NCBI GenBank assembly: GCA_035541055.1
Contig: DATKNZ010000504.1
Location: 1-62,186, forward strand
Direction of reading: 5' to 3'
From: Candidatus Acidiferrum sp.
GTDB taxonomy: Bacteria > Verrucomicrobiota > Verrucomicrobiia > Limisphaerales > UBA8199
Length of the DNA stretch: 62,186 nt
Part shown: in pieces, positions 48,706-59,000 of the stretch
How the letters are laid out: every line of letters begins with the position of its first letter
How positions within the stretch are numbered: position 1 is the first letter of the stretch
Notes under the pieces: generated by a model
What the model saw: only the letters and a program-made list of their open reading frames with translations
Told to the model about the DNA's origin: nothing
Databases searched by the model: none
Program-made: the position numbers and the translations under genes

Positions 48706-49314
48706 ATGAACCCCATCACCTATCCTGCCCGCCCGCTACCAGGCGGCCGCTTCGGTCTGCTCGCAAAGCCGCGCGTTCACCTCTGGAGCGCCAAGCTCAA
48801 CGGCTGGCGCACCCTCGTCCACGTCCCCACCGGCACCATGTGGAACCGGCACGGCGAGGAACTGACCATCTCCAGCGAATTCACCGACGCGCTTGAGAAC
48901 CTGAGCCGCAGCCGCTTCACCTGGCTGGACTGCGAAGCCTTGGAACGCCGGCACACCATCGGCCGGGGCAGCCTCATCGTCCTCGATCAGGTCGTGCCCG
49001 GGCTGGCGGCCCACGTGCGTTACCACGAGCTGCTGGTCGATGCCACGCGCCTCGGCTGGCCGGTCCTGCGGCACGGCCAGAAGCCCGAAGCCAACGGCGT
49101 TTACCTCCTGCACCAGGCCGCCCTGAGCGAAGCCTCGCCCAGCGGCAAAGCCGCCCTGTCCGTCATGTGGGCGGAGATGCAGCGCCTCAATCAAGAATGG
49201 AGAGCGGAGTTCTACGAGGGCCTGGTCGCCAAGCGTGAGGACTCACCGTATCCGATCCAGTTGCGCGACCCCGACAGCCATTGCCCCTACTGGGTGAAGC
49301 ACCGCTGGTGGTGA
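48706..49314 (+). CDS. ATP-dependent ligase-like nucleotidyltransferase domain (no OB domain)
   Basis: Motif I AKLNGWR, LDCE, EGLVAKREDSPY, WVK; 202 aa. Confidence 0.75.
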   Translation: MNPITYPARPLPGGRFGLLAKPRVHLWSAKLNGWRTLVHVPTGTMWNRHGEELTISSEFTDALENLSRSRFTWLDCEALERRHTIGRGSLIVLDQVVPGLAAHVRYHELLVDATRLGWPVLRHGQKPEANGVYLLHQAALSEASPSGKAALSVMWAEMQRLNQEWRAEFYEGLVAKREDSPYPIQLRDPDSHCPYWVKHRWW

Positions 49315-49467
49315 ACGTGCAAGAGTTTGTGCAACACCCCCCTATTTCTGGGGCCTTTTTGCAACCCCTTGAGAATGAGAGTCAAAATGCGGTTTTGCCC
49401 TTTATTTACGGGCATGAAGTAACTGTTGTGAATTGGGAAGATACCGCCCTGAAATACCCCTCTTTCG

Positions 49468-49508
49468 GATTTTGAGTCTAGCGCGTCTGCCAATTCCGCC
49501 ACATCGGC
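49468..49508 (-). tRNA. tRNA-Leu(CAA) 5' half only (attachment-site remnant)
   Basis: GCCGATGTGGCGGAATTGGCAGACGCGCTAGACTCAAAATC, then non-tRNA sequence; no 3' anticodon stem, T-arm or acceptor strand. Confidence 0.85.
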
Positions 49509-49672
49509 ATCCCGTTGCTCCCGAGGCCTCCCGCCTGCAGTCGCATGTCAGGAACGCGAAGTACTATGCCCGAATACCGACCGGGGGCAAGGTCATTCCG
49601 GAGGTCATTGAAGCCGCAGCCTGGAGCACCCAGGACTTGCCCCAAATGCGGAGCGGGATTATGTAAGGAGCC

Positions 49673-50875
49673 ATGTTCACCATAACCGCCAACACCACTC
49701 TCCCCTGTACCGTCACAGGCTCATGGCCGCGTCCGCGCTGGTTCGATGACAGCATGTGGGGCCGGCCCCTGGACACCTGCATGATGGATGTGCGTTTTCG
49801 CGAGAAGTTCCAGGATGCGCTGGCGACCGTGCTGAGCGACCAGGAACGGGCCGGGCTGGACATCCTCACGCACGGGGACCTGCACTGCGACGACGACATG
49901 GCGGGCCGCTCGTGGCATCACTACCCGCTGCAGCGCTGGGCGGGGCTCTCCGGCGACTTCCTGCAATCCGAGCGCACGCGCTCGCCGTGGCTGCGCTACC
50001 CGCCAGGCACGCTGCTCAACGAGATCTATACCGGCTGGCGCTGGCCACGCGTGGTAGACAAAATCGAGCACCGCCCGCTGGACTACGCCAAGATCTGGCG
50101 CCTGGCCCAGAGCAAGACTTCGCGGCCTGTGCGCTTTGGGACGTGCTGCTCACAAGTGATGGGGCTGTTCCTCGACCTGCATACGCCGGAATACAAGGAC
50201 CACCAGGAGGTGGTGTGGGACATGGCGGTCGCGATGAACAAGGAACTGCTGGCCTTGCGCGACGCCGGCTGCAAGTGCATCCAGATCGAGGAACCCACGC
50301 TGCATTTCTGGGCCAACACGTACGGCCGCAAGCACGCCAACGTGCAGTTCATGCTCAAAGCCTTTAATCGCGAGGTTCAGGGCCTGGACGACGTCGAGAT
50401 CTGGATTCACACCTGCTGGGGTAATCCGAACATGCAGCGCGTGATCGAGAACGACAGCTACCGCGAATCCTTCGAACTCTACTTGAACGAATGCCGGGGC
50501 GACGTGTGGACGGTGGAGATGAAGGACCGGAACCTGCGCGAGATCGAGCTGTTCGCGCCGTTCAAGGGCAAGCTGAAGAAGAAGGTCTGCGTGGGCGTCG
50601 TCAGCCACCGCACGCTACAGGTGGAACAGCCCGAAGCGGTGGCAGGCACTATCCGTGAGGCGTTGAAGCACGTCGCCCCCGAGCAACTGATCATCTCGAG
50701 CGACTGCGGCTTTGGCCGGCAGGGGTGCAACCGCGAGATTGCTTTCTTCAAGAGCACCGCCATCGCGCAAGGGACGAATATCGTGCGGCGCGAGCTGGGC
50801 TTGCGGGAAACGCGCGTGCGGGCGGCTGACCCGACCTTGCAGACGGACATCGTCCCCAAGACGCCGGACCGCTGA
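49673..50875 (+). CDS. Cobalamin-independent methionine synthase II family protein
   Basis: TGSWPRP, QIEEP, HTCWGN, SDCG. Confidence 0.9.
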   Translation: MFTITANTTLPCTVTGSWPRPRWFDDSMWGRPLDTCMMDVRFREKFQDALATVLSDQERAGLDILTHGDLHCDDDMAGRSWHHYPLQRWAGLSGDFLQSERTRSPWLRYPPGTLLNEIYTGWRWPRVVDKIEHRPLDYAKIWRLAQSKTSRPVRFGTCCSQVMGLFLDLHTPEYKDHQEVVWDMAVAMNKELLALRDAGCKCIQIEEPTLHFWANTYGRKHANVQFMLKAFNREVQGLDDVEIWIHTCWGNPNMQRVIENDSYRESFELYLNECRGDVWTVEMKDRNLREIELFAPFKGKLKKKVCVGVVSHRTLQVEQPEAVAGTIREALKHVAPEQLIISSDCGFGRQGCNREIAFFKSTAIAQGTNIVRRELGLRETRVRAADPTLQTDIVPKTPDR

Positions 50876-50968
50876 AGGAAATAAAGTCTGGAGTCTCGAG
50901 TCTAAAGTCTTGCGTCATCAGATTGTGTCGCCTGGAGACGTCAGACTTTAGACCTCAGGCTTAAGACA

Positions 50969-53509
50969 CTAACTTGCCGCGCCTTCATGTCTGAGCACGT
51001 TGATGCCGCCGCTCATGGTATCCAGCTTCAGCAGCGGGCCGCCGCCGTTAATCGTTCCACGAAAGGTGCCAGGCTTAACGCGTCCGTGCATTTCCAATGG
51101 CAGATCGGTGTTTACGCTGCCGCTCATGGTGTGGGCTTCCAACCTCAGAGCGGACCCGGCAGGCAGTCGGGCAGTGATGCCGCCGCTCATGCTGTGCAAC
51201 TCGGAATCCGCCTGGGGAGCCTTTGCGAAATCAGCCGACACAGAGCCGCTGGCTGTGCTCGCTTGCACACACGGCCCGGCAAAAGCCTCGACGTGGATGC
51301 CGCCGCTCAGAGTGTGCAACACCAAAGCGTCCGTGCACTTGGCGGCGTGAATGCCGCCGCTGAGGCTGTCCCCCACGACTTTGCCCGCGATATCATCGAA
51401 CTCCAGCCCGCCGCTGAGCGTGTTCACGGTCACACTCCCTTGCACCTGGGCCACTTTGACGTGCCCGCTGGCATCCTTTAGATGCAGCTCAAAACGGCGA
51501 GGGACAGTAATCTCATAGCTGGCCTCCAGCTCAGGCTGCGACCAACGCCATACCAAAAAATGACGGAGCCGCCTGGGGTCCCGCGCATTGATGGAGAGCA
51601 CGCTCCCATCCTGCCTGAGCACCAGGTTCTCGTCAGCGAGCACCGCGTCGGCCACGGCCGTTGTGGCGCGCCTGACGTTGCGGTTGACGCGTACTTGCAC
51701 CGTGTCCTGATCCCCGCCAACGAGGCGGACGCCGCCCCGGTCCACGTCGATCCACAGCTTGCCGGTGCTCCCGACGGCGAAGGTCTTGTCCAGGCTTGCC
51801 GCACTGCCGGCGTTAACAGTGCGGCGAGCCACCACTGCGGCTTCCGGCGAGGTTCCGGGCGACGGAGCCTCGGCAGTCAAGCCGTTCCCTGTCCCGCCGG
51901 CGGGCTCAGCCGTGTCCTGCGGTGCGATATAGGAGTTGGTCCCCGAACCGGCGCGGGTTCCTTCCAGGGCCAAGAGCGGCGCGCAAGAGAAGAAGAGCAG
52001 GACGCCACCGCCGAGCAGCACCATCAGCGCGCCCGCGACCGGCCACACCCACGTCCGCCCGCCCGGACGGCCCGGTGCCGGAGCGGCGGCAATCACAGTC
52101 TTACCCGGTTGGCCCGAAGCCGGCGGGCTCGCTGGCGAGCTCACCATGCCGCCGCGCGGGTGCAGCCAGTGGGTAATCCTTCTCCCTTGCCCGTCAGTAA
52201 ATCCCCGACACACGATCACGATCCAATCCACCGTCGCCCATATCGCGGAGCCGATGATCAGGAACGCGAGCAACAGTCCCAATGCGACCAGCCCAGCCGG
52301 CTCAGCACTGCCATTCGCCAATATGACGATGCTGACAATCAGTGGAATGCAAGCCAGCAGCGCGCCCAGTTGCAGGAATGCAGTGCGGGTTTTCCCAGCA
52401 TAGAACCGGTGCATTCCGAACACGCCGAAGAAGAACGCCAGCAGGAACGCCGGCAGGATGATCTTGTCACTGGTCGGCTGCGCGGGCGCGGCCGGCGCCG
52501 TCATCGGCGGAGGCGGAACTGGCGTTGCAGCGATGCTCTCCACACGCGTTTTCACATCGCTTGCCTGTTGGTAGCGGCGCTCCGGCTCTTTCTCCAGCGT
52601 GCGCAGGACAACCTCGTCCAAGCGCACGTCCACATGCACTTTCTGCGAAGGCGGCTGGAACTTGCCCACCGGCAGCTCGCCGGTGAGCATTTCGTAGAAG
52701 ACCACGCCCAGCGAGTAGATGTCCGCCCGGTGGTCCACTTCCTGCGGATGCTCGATCTGCTCCGGCGCCATGTAATGCGGTGTGCCCATCACGTCCTTGG
52801 CGCCCGTCAGTCGCAAACCTTCCGGCTCCAGCCCCAGGATCTTGGCCAGCCCAAAATCAGTGATCTTCACCCGGCCCTTGGTGTCGAGCATCACGTTCTC
52901 CGGCTTGATGTCGCGGTGAACGATGCCCTCGTCATGCGCGAACTGGAGCGCATCGCAGATTTGGGGAATGATCTTCAATGCCTCACGTGCCGAGAGCTTG
53001 CCCGCCTGCTCCAACTGCCGCAGGTTGAGCCCCTCGACGTATTCCATGACGAAATAGTGCAGGACCGCGGGCGGAGCCCCAGCAGTCGGCGGTGTTGTGG
53101 CCGGCGCCGACACCTGGCCGAACTCGTGGACCGCCACGATGTTGGGATGGTTTAGCCGAGCGAGAGCCCGCGCCTCGCGGGTGAAACGGTCCGCGAAGCC
53201 CGGATCACCACTCGTCTCCGGCGGCAGGATCTTCAGCGCCACCAGCCGGTCCAGGGAGCGCTGCCGGGCCTTATACACGGCGCCCATGCCGCCCTGGCCA
53301 AGCAACTCCAGGATTTCGAACTGGGGAAACAACCCTGCCATGACCTCCACGGTAGGGGGCACGAAGCTAGTGACACGAGTTGGCTGACCGGGCCCCGGGG
53401 CGACGCCGGTGCCGAAACCGGCTTTCATCAGGCACTCCGGACACAACCCCTTGGGCGCGCCGGCCGGCAACGCTTTATGACATGAAGGGCAAAGGTTCTC
53501 GTTTTCCAT
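50969..53509 (-). CDS. Ser/Thr protein kinase with TM2 and DUF4097-like domains
   Basis: LGQGGMGAVY, HRDIKPEN, DFGLAK, GTPHYMAPE; FFFGVFGMHRFY (TM2); TLSGGI repeats. Confidence 0.93.
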   Translation of the reverse strand: MENENLCPSCHKALPAGAPKGLCPECLMKAGFGTGVAPGPGQPTRVTSFVPPTVEVMAGLFPQFEILELLGQGGMGAVYKARQRSLDRLVALKILPPETSGDPGFADRFTREARALARLNHPNIVAVHEFGQVSAPATTPPTAGAPPAVLHYFVMEYVEGLNLRQLEQAGKLSAREALKIIPQICDALQFAHDEGIVHRDIKPENVMLDTKGRVKITDFGLAKILGLEPEGLRLTGAKDVMGTPHYMAPEQIEHPQEVDHRADIYSLGVVFYEMLTGELPVGKFQPPSQKVHVDVRLDEVVLRTLEKEPERRYQQASDVKTRVESIAATPVPPPPMTAPAAPAQPTSDKIILPAFLLAFFFGVFGMHRFYAGKTRTAFLQLGALLACIPLIVSIVILANGSAEPAGLVALGLLLAFLIIGSAIWATVDWIVIVCRGFTDGQGRRITHWLHPRGGMVSSPASPPASGQPGKTVIAAAPAPGRPGGRTWVWPVAGALMVLLGGGVLLFFSCAPLLALEGTRAGSGTNSYIAPQDTAEPAGGTGNGLTAEAPSPGTSPEAAVVARRTVNAGSAASLDKTFAVGSTGKLWIDVDRGGVRLVGGDQDTVQVRVNRNVRRATTAVADAVLADENLVLRQDGSVLSINARDPRRLRHFLVWRWSQPELEASYEITVPRRFELHLKDASGHVKVAQVQGSVTVNTLSGGLEFDDIAGKVVGDSLSGGIHAAKCTDALVLHTLSGGIHVEAFAGPCVQASTASGSVSADFAKAPQADSELHSMSGGITARLPAGSALRLEAHTMSGSVNTDLPLEMHGRVKPGTFRGTINGGGPLLKLDTMSGGINVLRHEGAAS

Positions 53510-53559
53510 ATCTTATTCCAGTCATCTGTTAAGCGGCACCCGGCGGAGGTTACACCAGG

Positions 53560-53671
53560 TGTAGTGGAGCGAGCCTCCGGCTTGCTCCCGTCCCAGCAAC
53601 CTTCCAGATTACCACCGCGGCAAGCTGGAAGGTTGCCGGGACAACCGCAAGCCGGAGGCTTGCGCTACTAC
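53560..53671. repeat. REP-like inverted pair
   Basis: GTAGTGGAGCGAGCCTCCGGCTTG ... CAAGCCGGAGGCTTGCGCTACTAC. Confidence 0.7.
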
Positions 53672-54429
53672 CGTGCGCAGCGTGCCAGCACGTTAAACAA
53701 ATGGTGCATCTCCGCATCTACTTCCCCGGGCGCCGCGACCGTGTTGGCGATCTCCGCGCGGAGGAGCTCCCGATAGCGCTGGCGCAGACGATGCACCGCC
53801 ACCTTTACCGCTCCTTCCTCCAGGCCCAATTTGGCACCCAGCTCCACGTAAGGCTGGGCCGCACGGTCGCCGACCAGGCACGGCTTGAGGATGGCAAACA
53901 CCTCGGCCTGGCCCCGGGCCGCGAACTCCGCTTCCAGCCGCCCGACCACCTCCTCCAGCAGCGTCAGCGCCCAGCGGTATTCGAAGGCTTGCTCGGGCGT
54001 GCGCGTGTCCGCCGGCTCGACGCCGTAGCGAGTCTCCGCCGTGTCGAGCTGGATGGGCACGTTGCGCTGGCCGCCGCCGCGTTTAAGGGCGCGCGCCTTA
54101 TCCCATTCGTTAGCCAGAAAGCGCTCCATCGCCGTCAGCAGGAAAGTGCGGAACCGCCCCTTGGCCTGCTCGGCGCGGGCCAGCCACTGCCGTTCAAGCA
54201 CCCGGGCAAAAAACTCCTGCGTCAGGTCCTGCGCGTCTTCCACGGAGTAGCCGCGCCGGCGCACGTAAGCGTAAAGGGGAAACCAGTAAGCCCGGCACAG
54301 CGTTTCCAGAGCCTCGGCTGACGTCGGCGACTGGTCATCGCTGGCGGCCACCACCACCGACCAACGCGTGGCCATGAACAAAGGCCGCGCCTCCCCCGGG
54401 ACAGGTTCCGTCGGTGAATTGTGCGCCAT
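53668..54429 (-). CDS. ECF sigma factor (kinase-associated type)
   Basis: TRWSVV, YWFPLYAYVRRRG, DAQDLTQEFF, VKVAVHRLRQRY; upstream of the kinase. Confidence 0.93.
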   Translation of the reverse strand: MAHNSPTEPVPGEARPLFMATRWSVVVAASDDQSPTSAEALETLCRAYWFPLYAYVRRRGYSVEDAQDLTQEFFARVLERQWLARAEQAKGRFRTFLLTAMERFLANEWDKARALKRGGGQRNVPIQLDTAETRYGVEPADTRTPEQAFEYRWALTLLEEVVGRLEAEFAARGQAEVFAILKPCLVGDRAAQPYVELGAKLGLEEGAVKVAVHRLRQRYRELLRAEIANTVAAPGEVDAEMHHLFNVLARCAR

Positions 54430-54656
54430 CGGAGTCCAGCTTAAGCAAAGGCACCCCTCCGTTACAGGCAAATGTAAGCTGCGCCGAATAGCGCCGTGTC
54501 TTGACCCCGCGACTGGCCCCCGCCCCATCCGGCGGCGATAGGGCCGAGTGAGCAACGCCAGGGCTTGGCACCCAGTCCGCCCCGCCGTCACCACCCGCCC
54601 CCCGTGAAGCAACGTTCCCTACCCTGTATGGGGCCTATCCAAGCCACTTCTGGCTG

Positions 54657-54769
54657 ATATCGCACTGTGTACAAGGGGTGCACACCGGATGCACACCGGA
54701 TGCACATGGGGCTACCTCGTGTGCATCCGGTGAGCATCCGGTGTGCACCCCTTGTACATGGCGCGATAT
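54657..54769. repeat. Long intergenic inverted repeat with internal 11-bp units
   Basis: About 39-bp arms, TGTACAAGGGGTGCACACCGGATGCACACCGGATGCACA and its near-reverse-complement. Confidence 0.85.
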
Positions 54770-55107
54770 GAGCCTGTTTTCCCTGCTTAGGGGGCTGGCG
54801 TCTAGGGAGGACTCGAGGGGATTCCAGTGCCGAAGTGTCCAGTTTTTAGACATGGAGCAGTTTCAGGGTACCGTGGCTCTGCGGGCTGGTTGGGGATCGC
54901 CGATAGCCGCTCGCCAAAGCGATGGCGCGGCTTTCCTTGTCCCCAGCAGGAGGTGCTGTCGAGGCGGTGCCGCTTACGGCGCGACCCTCGCGCGGGGTAA
55001 GGCGGCGGGCTGACTCGTCGAGCGGCTAGAGTAGCTGCGGGGCTGCTGGCGGGAGTAGGCCAAATCCCCATTGGGCGCAAGGGCGCGCGCCCCTAGCTTT
55101 GGGAATC

Positions 55108-55665
55108 ATGAAGACAAGGCATGTATCGAGCCGGGCGACGGGCGGGGGCACACACAGCACGAGGACCATCCGCCAACGCGAGCAGGATATAAACAAGGAA
55201 GTCATTGATTGGCTGCGCGACGCCTACGCGCTGGAGCGGGGGCTGGAGGGCGCGCTGAAGAAGCACGCGGATAACGACGACCTGAGTCCCGAAGTGCGGA
55301 GACGCGCGGCGGCTCATTTGAAGGAGACGCAGCGGCACGCCAAGGAGGTGCAGGCCGCGCTCAAATCGCTGGGCTCCGACGTTTCAAGCTTGAAGACGGG
55401 CCTGGGGAAGATCGCGCTGGCCGCCAAGGGCCTGGGCACGGCCTTTGCCGGAGACGAGCGGATCAAGGACTTGCTGGACGCGTATTCCATGGAGCACTTC
55501 GAGATTGCCTGCTACACAGCCCTGGCGGCCGCCTCGGAGAAGGCAAACCTGCCCCAGGTGACCCAGATGTGCCGTCGCATCCTCGAGGACGAGGAGCGAA
55601 TGGCCGAGGCGCTGATTGATGCGATCCCGACGGAGGTCACCAGCTTCATACTGGTAGAGGCGTAG
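55108..55665 (+). CDS. Ferritin-like DUF892 (YciE/YciF) protein
   Basis: WLRDAYALE, HLKETQRH, EHFEIACYTAL, ILEDEERMA. Confidence 0.9.
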   Translation: MKTRHVSSRATGGGTHSTRTIRQREQDINKEVIDWLRDAYALERGLEGALKKHADNDDLSPEVRRRAAAHLKETQRHAKEVQAALKSLGSDVSSLKTGLGKIALAAKGLGTAFAGDERIKDLLDAYSMEHFEIACYTALAAASEKANLPQVTQMCRRILEDEERMAEALIDAIPTEVTSFILVEA

Positions 55666-55729
55666 GACGGGCGAGCCGATAAGAGCGGTTGGCTCTCGGA
55701 AGCTCTCAGTGGAATCCGGCGGCCAAGCC

Positions 55730-55983
55730 CGAGGGCCGAAATCCGAAGGCCGAAAGAAGGCCGAAGCCCGAAGCCCGAAGGCGATTGGCGCGGAAGGCTG
55801 GGGTCTCTAAACGCAGCGACTCAGAGAACTCAGAGCTACGGAGAGAAGGAGAACCCTTTGCTCGCATCTTCTCTGCGCACCTCTGCAGTCTCTGCGCCTC
55901 TGCGTTGAAAGAGGGGCTAGCCGGCGGCTTCGGATTTCGGATTTCGGCCTTCTTTCGGCCTTCGGATTTCGGGTTTCGGATTT
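55730..55983. repeat. Host heptamer inverted-repeat element (CCGAAAT / TTCGGAT)
   Basis: CCGAA-rich left arm and TTCGG-rich right arm; similar element at 61060-61205. Confidence 0.8.
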
Positions 55984-56029
55984 GAGCCACCACGCACCTG
56001 TCCACCGGCAACATCGAGAGAGCTGGCGA

Positions 56030-59000
56030 TCAGGCGATTCGAACCACCAAGCTCTGTCCGGCCGGGATCAGCGCAGGCTGCTGAAGCAGAATTGCGACCA
56101 AGCCCTGGGTGTACTCATACGAGCACGGCACAGCCTTCCCAGCGCACTGCACTTCCAACTGCCGGGGCACCGTAACACCTTGCAGCGCGAGCTTTGAAAT
56201 CGCGAGGCTGCCTTCGCATACGCTGATTTCGTTCTGCTGTCCCCCGCCCTGCCGGCTCTGGCTGGCGCTGCCCCAGGCCGCCGGGGCACTGAAGAAGCAC
56301 TTGAACCGCTCGGGGGTGTGGCGCGGCACGAATCTCAGCGCCTGGCGCGGGCCGTCATAGTCCCACCCGGCCAGCGCGGGCAAAAGCGAGCCGGAGGACA
56401 TGGCGCGTGCGTAATGGCCGCCGCACTCGATCTCGTTCCATGGGTTGCGCTGGATGGGCGGGCGCGGGATGCCGTCGTAGCGGTCGCGCGCGGCCTTGAT
56501 GATGGCGAAGCCTTCCTCGATCAAGCCCTCGTAGATCATGTGCGCGGCGACCTGGTATTCGATGCCGGTCCATACCTCATCGGAGTAGAGCATGACCTGG
56601 CGCGGCCGACCGCCCTTGGGCCAGGTGCAAACGATCAGGCCCTTGTCTTTGGCGCCGGCAAAGGCCCGCGGCGCATGCGGCCAGCCGGTGAGGTCCGACT
56701 TGAAGTTGTATTTGAAGATCGAGCGCAGGGACGAGGCCACCATCTCCTGCGGCAGGATGTAGCCCAGGCCAAGCTGGTGCGCCCACCATTGGCCGATAAG
56801 CTGGTCCGCCATGCAGCCCGGGCCGACCTCGCCCTGGCGCTTCTCGTAGTCGGGCAGGTGCTGCTGGAAGTATTCCTGGTTCCAGCATAGCTCGATGAGC
56901 TTCGCCTGGCCTTTCTGAAAGATCGCGTGAAAGCGCTCGGCGGTTGCCGTGTCCCCCTGGCGGCGCGCCCATTCCTCACCGGCGCGCAAGGCGGCGAGAT
57001 AGTAGCCGCTGATGAACGTGGTAACGCCGTGGAGCGCCTCATCGTAGGTGTTCCACTGATCGTCCTGCAGGATGCCGGCGGGCTCGCTGTGGTTGGTTCT
57101 TGCGTCACGGCCGATGAGGTAATCCACGGCGCGGTGCACATACGGCCAGTATTGCTGGAAGAAGGGCTCGTCCGGCTGGTTCAAGGCTTCGCGGTAAGCC
57201 TTGAGGATGCAGCTTGCGTGGCCGTCGGCGAAGGGGTGTTCGCCGGTGGGGTGCGGCGGCGAAGGCACTTGGGTGCGGTTATTGATCCCGCCGTCCTTGT
57301 CCTGCTGGTGCATGAAATCAATCCGGCGCATCTCGCGTTCGAGGTCCGGGAAGAACCGGGCCAGGGTTTGCTCGTAGCCCCAGACGTGCGTGCAAGTTGG
57401 ATCGCAGCAGCCGTTGGAGCCTTCCCAGCCATAGGCGTCGCCGTTGGCGATGCGGAAGACGACGCCGATATGGCGCGCGATGGCGGCATTGGCGCTGACG
57501 CAGTCCAGCAGCCACCAGGGCAGAGTGGAGTCGTAGAATGTGCGGCGGAACTGCTCGGTGCGATCGCGGAGGTGGGCGAAGTCCGGCGCGGCCTCGCGCA
57601 AGACGGCGCGGGCGTCAGGCCAGCGTGTGGCGTAATGGCAGCCCATCCAGGTGTGGTGGGCGTTATACTTGTTGGGATAATGCCACGTGAGGAGGAACGG
57701 GACCTCGACCGTGCCGGCCGGCGGGACAGTTACCGAGGTGGCGACGGCGCCATAGACGGTCCGACCGAGCGGTGTTGGGACGGTGGCCTGGGCATTTTCG
57801 GGAGGAGTGAAGCCGCCCTTCGCGCTGAACGTCGTCCATGCCTGGTCGCGATGTTCGCAGGCCGGAAGCACCGTGGTCTTGCCGGCAAGTGCTGCAAGGG
57901 CCAGGGTGCCGAAGCCGGGGGCCTTAGGATGCTGCAGCCCGCCGGAGCCGGCGTAGTTCGCGCCGACCAGCCCGCAGACGAACGCGTAGGCAAGCTGGCG
58001 GTGCGCGCTCAGGGCGGCATTCGCAGGCTCAAGGACTGCGCCGTCGGCTACCACGACCCGGCCCTTGCCGACCTGGCGTGTGAGCAGGGTGCGGCCCTCG
58101 GGACTGGTGATCTGGGTTGCCCCAGGCTGCAGGACCAGGTTTTCATACGTCACTCGCTGGGCGGGTGACTGCGTTGGAGCGCGGACATTCCTGTCCGCCT
58201 CTCCCTCGGCGGCGGAGTTGCGGACAGGAATGTCCGCGTTCCGATGCGCCGGATGGACCGCGCTGAATCGCGCCGGCAGCAGCTCTTCCAGCAGGGCCAT
58301 CACGGCGCGGTTGCCCGGCATATCCGAGAACTCGATCTGGTCCACGTTGATATGGCCCCAGCCGCCTTTGGCCTCGTCCACGATCTCAAGGTGAGCGGTT
58401 TGCCCCTCGAACTGGGCCACATCCCAGCACACCGGTTCGAGGCGCTCGTTGTCTTTGCCCGAGGCAGCGCGCGCGACCTTGCCATTGACCAGCAGTCGGA
58501 TTTGCGTCCCCTGATGGTGCCCGCCGCCGACGAGGAAGCGCATGAAGCGGCGCCCGATCGTAAAGTCCTTGCTGATGAGCCGGCCGGTAGTGTCATCACC
58601 CCCGAGGTAGGTGTTCACCAGGCCCTGGCCGACGAAGCCGGAGACGGGCTGTTGGTTGGGAAGCGTCCCGTGGGCCGGCTGCTTGCCGAAGGCTTGCCCT
58701 TCCACTTTCCATTGTTCGTAGCCATGCTCGAAGTCTTCAAAGAGCACATCCGGGCGGGGGTTGGCCTCGGCGACCGGTTTGCCGCCGGTCCAGGCGGCGT
58801 AGGCTTCCAACAACGGCATGGTCCGGCCGGAGAACAGCAACGTGGCGCCTGCCTGCACCGCATCGCGGGCGGCCCGCAAGAATGGCTCCGCGAGCGTGGC
58901 GGGAGGCTCCTCAATCCAGAGGATGGCAGGCGCAGAATCCGGAGGCTGAGTGGGGGGCAAGGCCGCGCCATCGAGGATGCGCAGGCGGAGGTTTTCCGGG

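Larger units (their letters stand above)
1..49467. mobile_element. Integrated temperate phage / phage-like element (left end outside window)
   Basis: Terminase ATPase and nuclease, portal-like, fibre-like, lysis, primase/helicase, XRE and ParB genes. The right end abuts a truncated tRNA-Leu, and the element-specific repeats stop there. No major capsid gene or tyrosine integrase was recognised in the window. Confidence 0.85.

Noticed and set aside
49320..49467. Group I intron interrupting tRNA-Leu
   Set aside because: No 3' exon nearby and no recognisable intron core; the sequence runs straight into phage genes.
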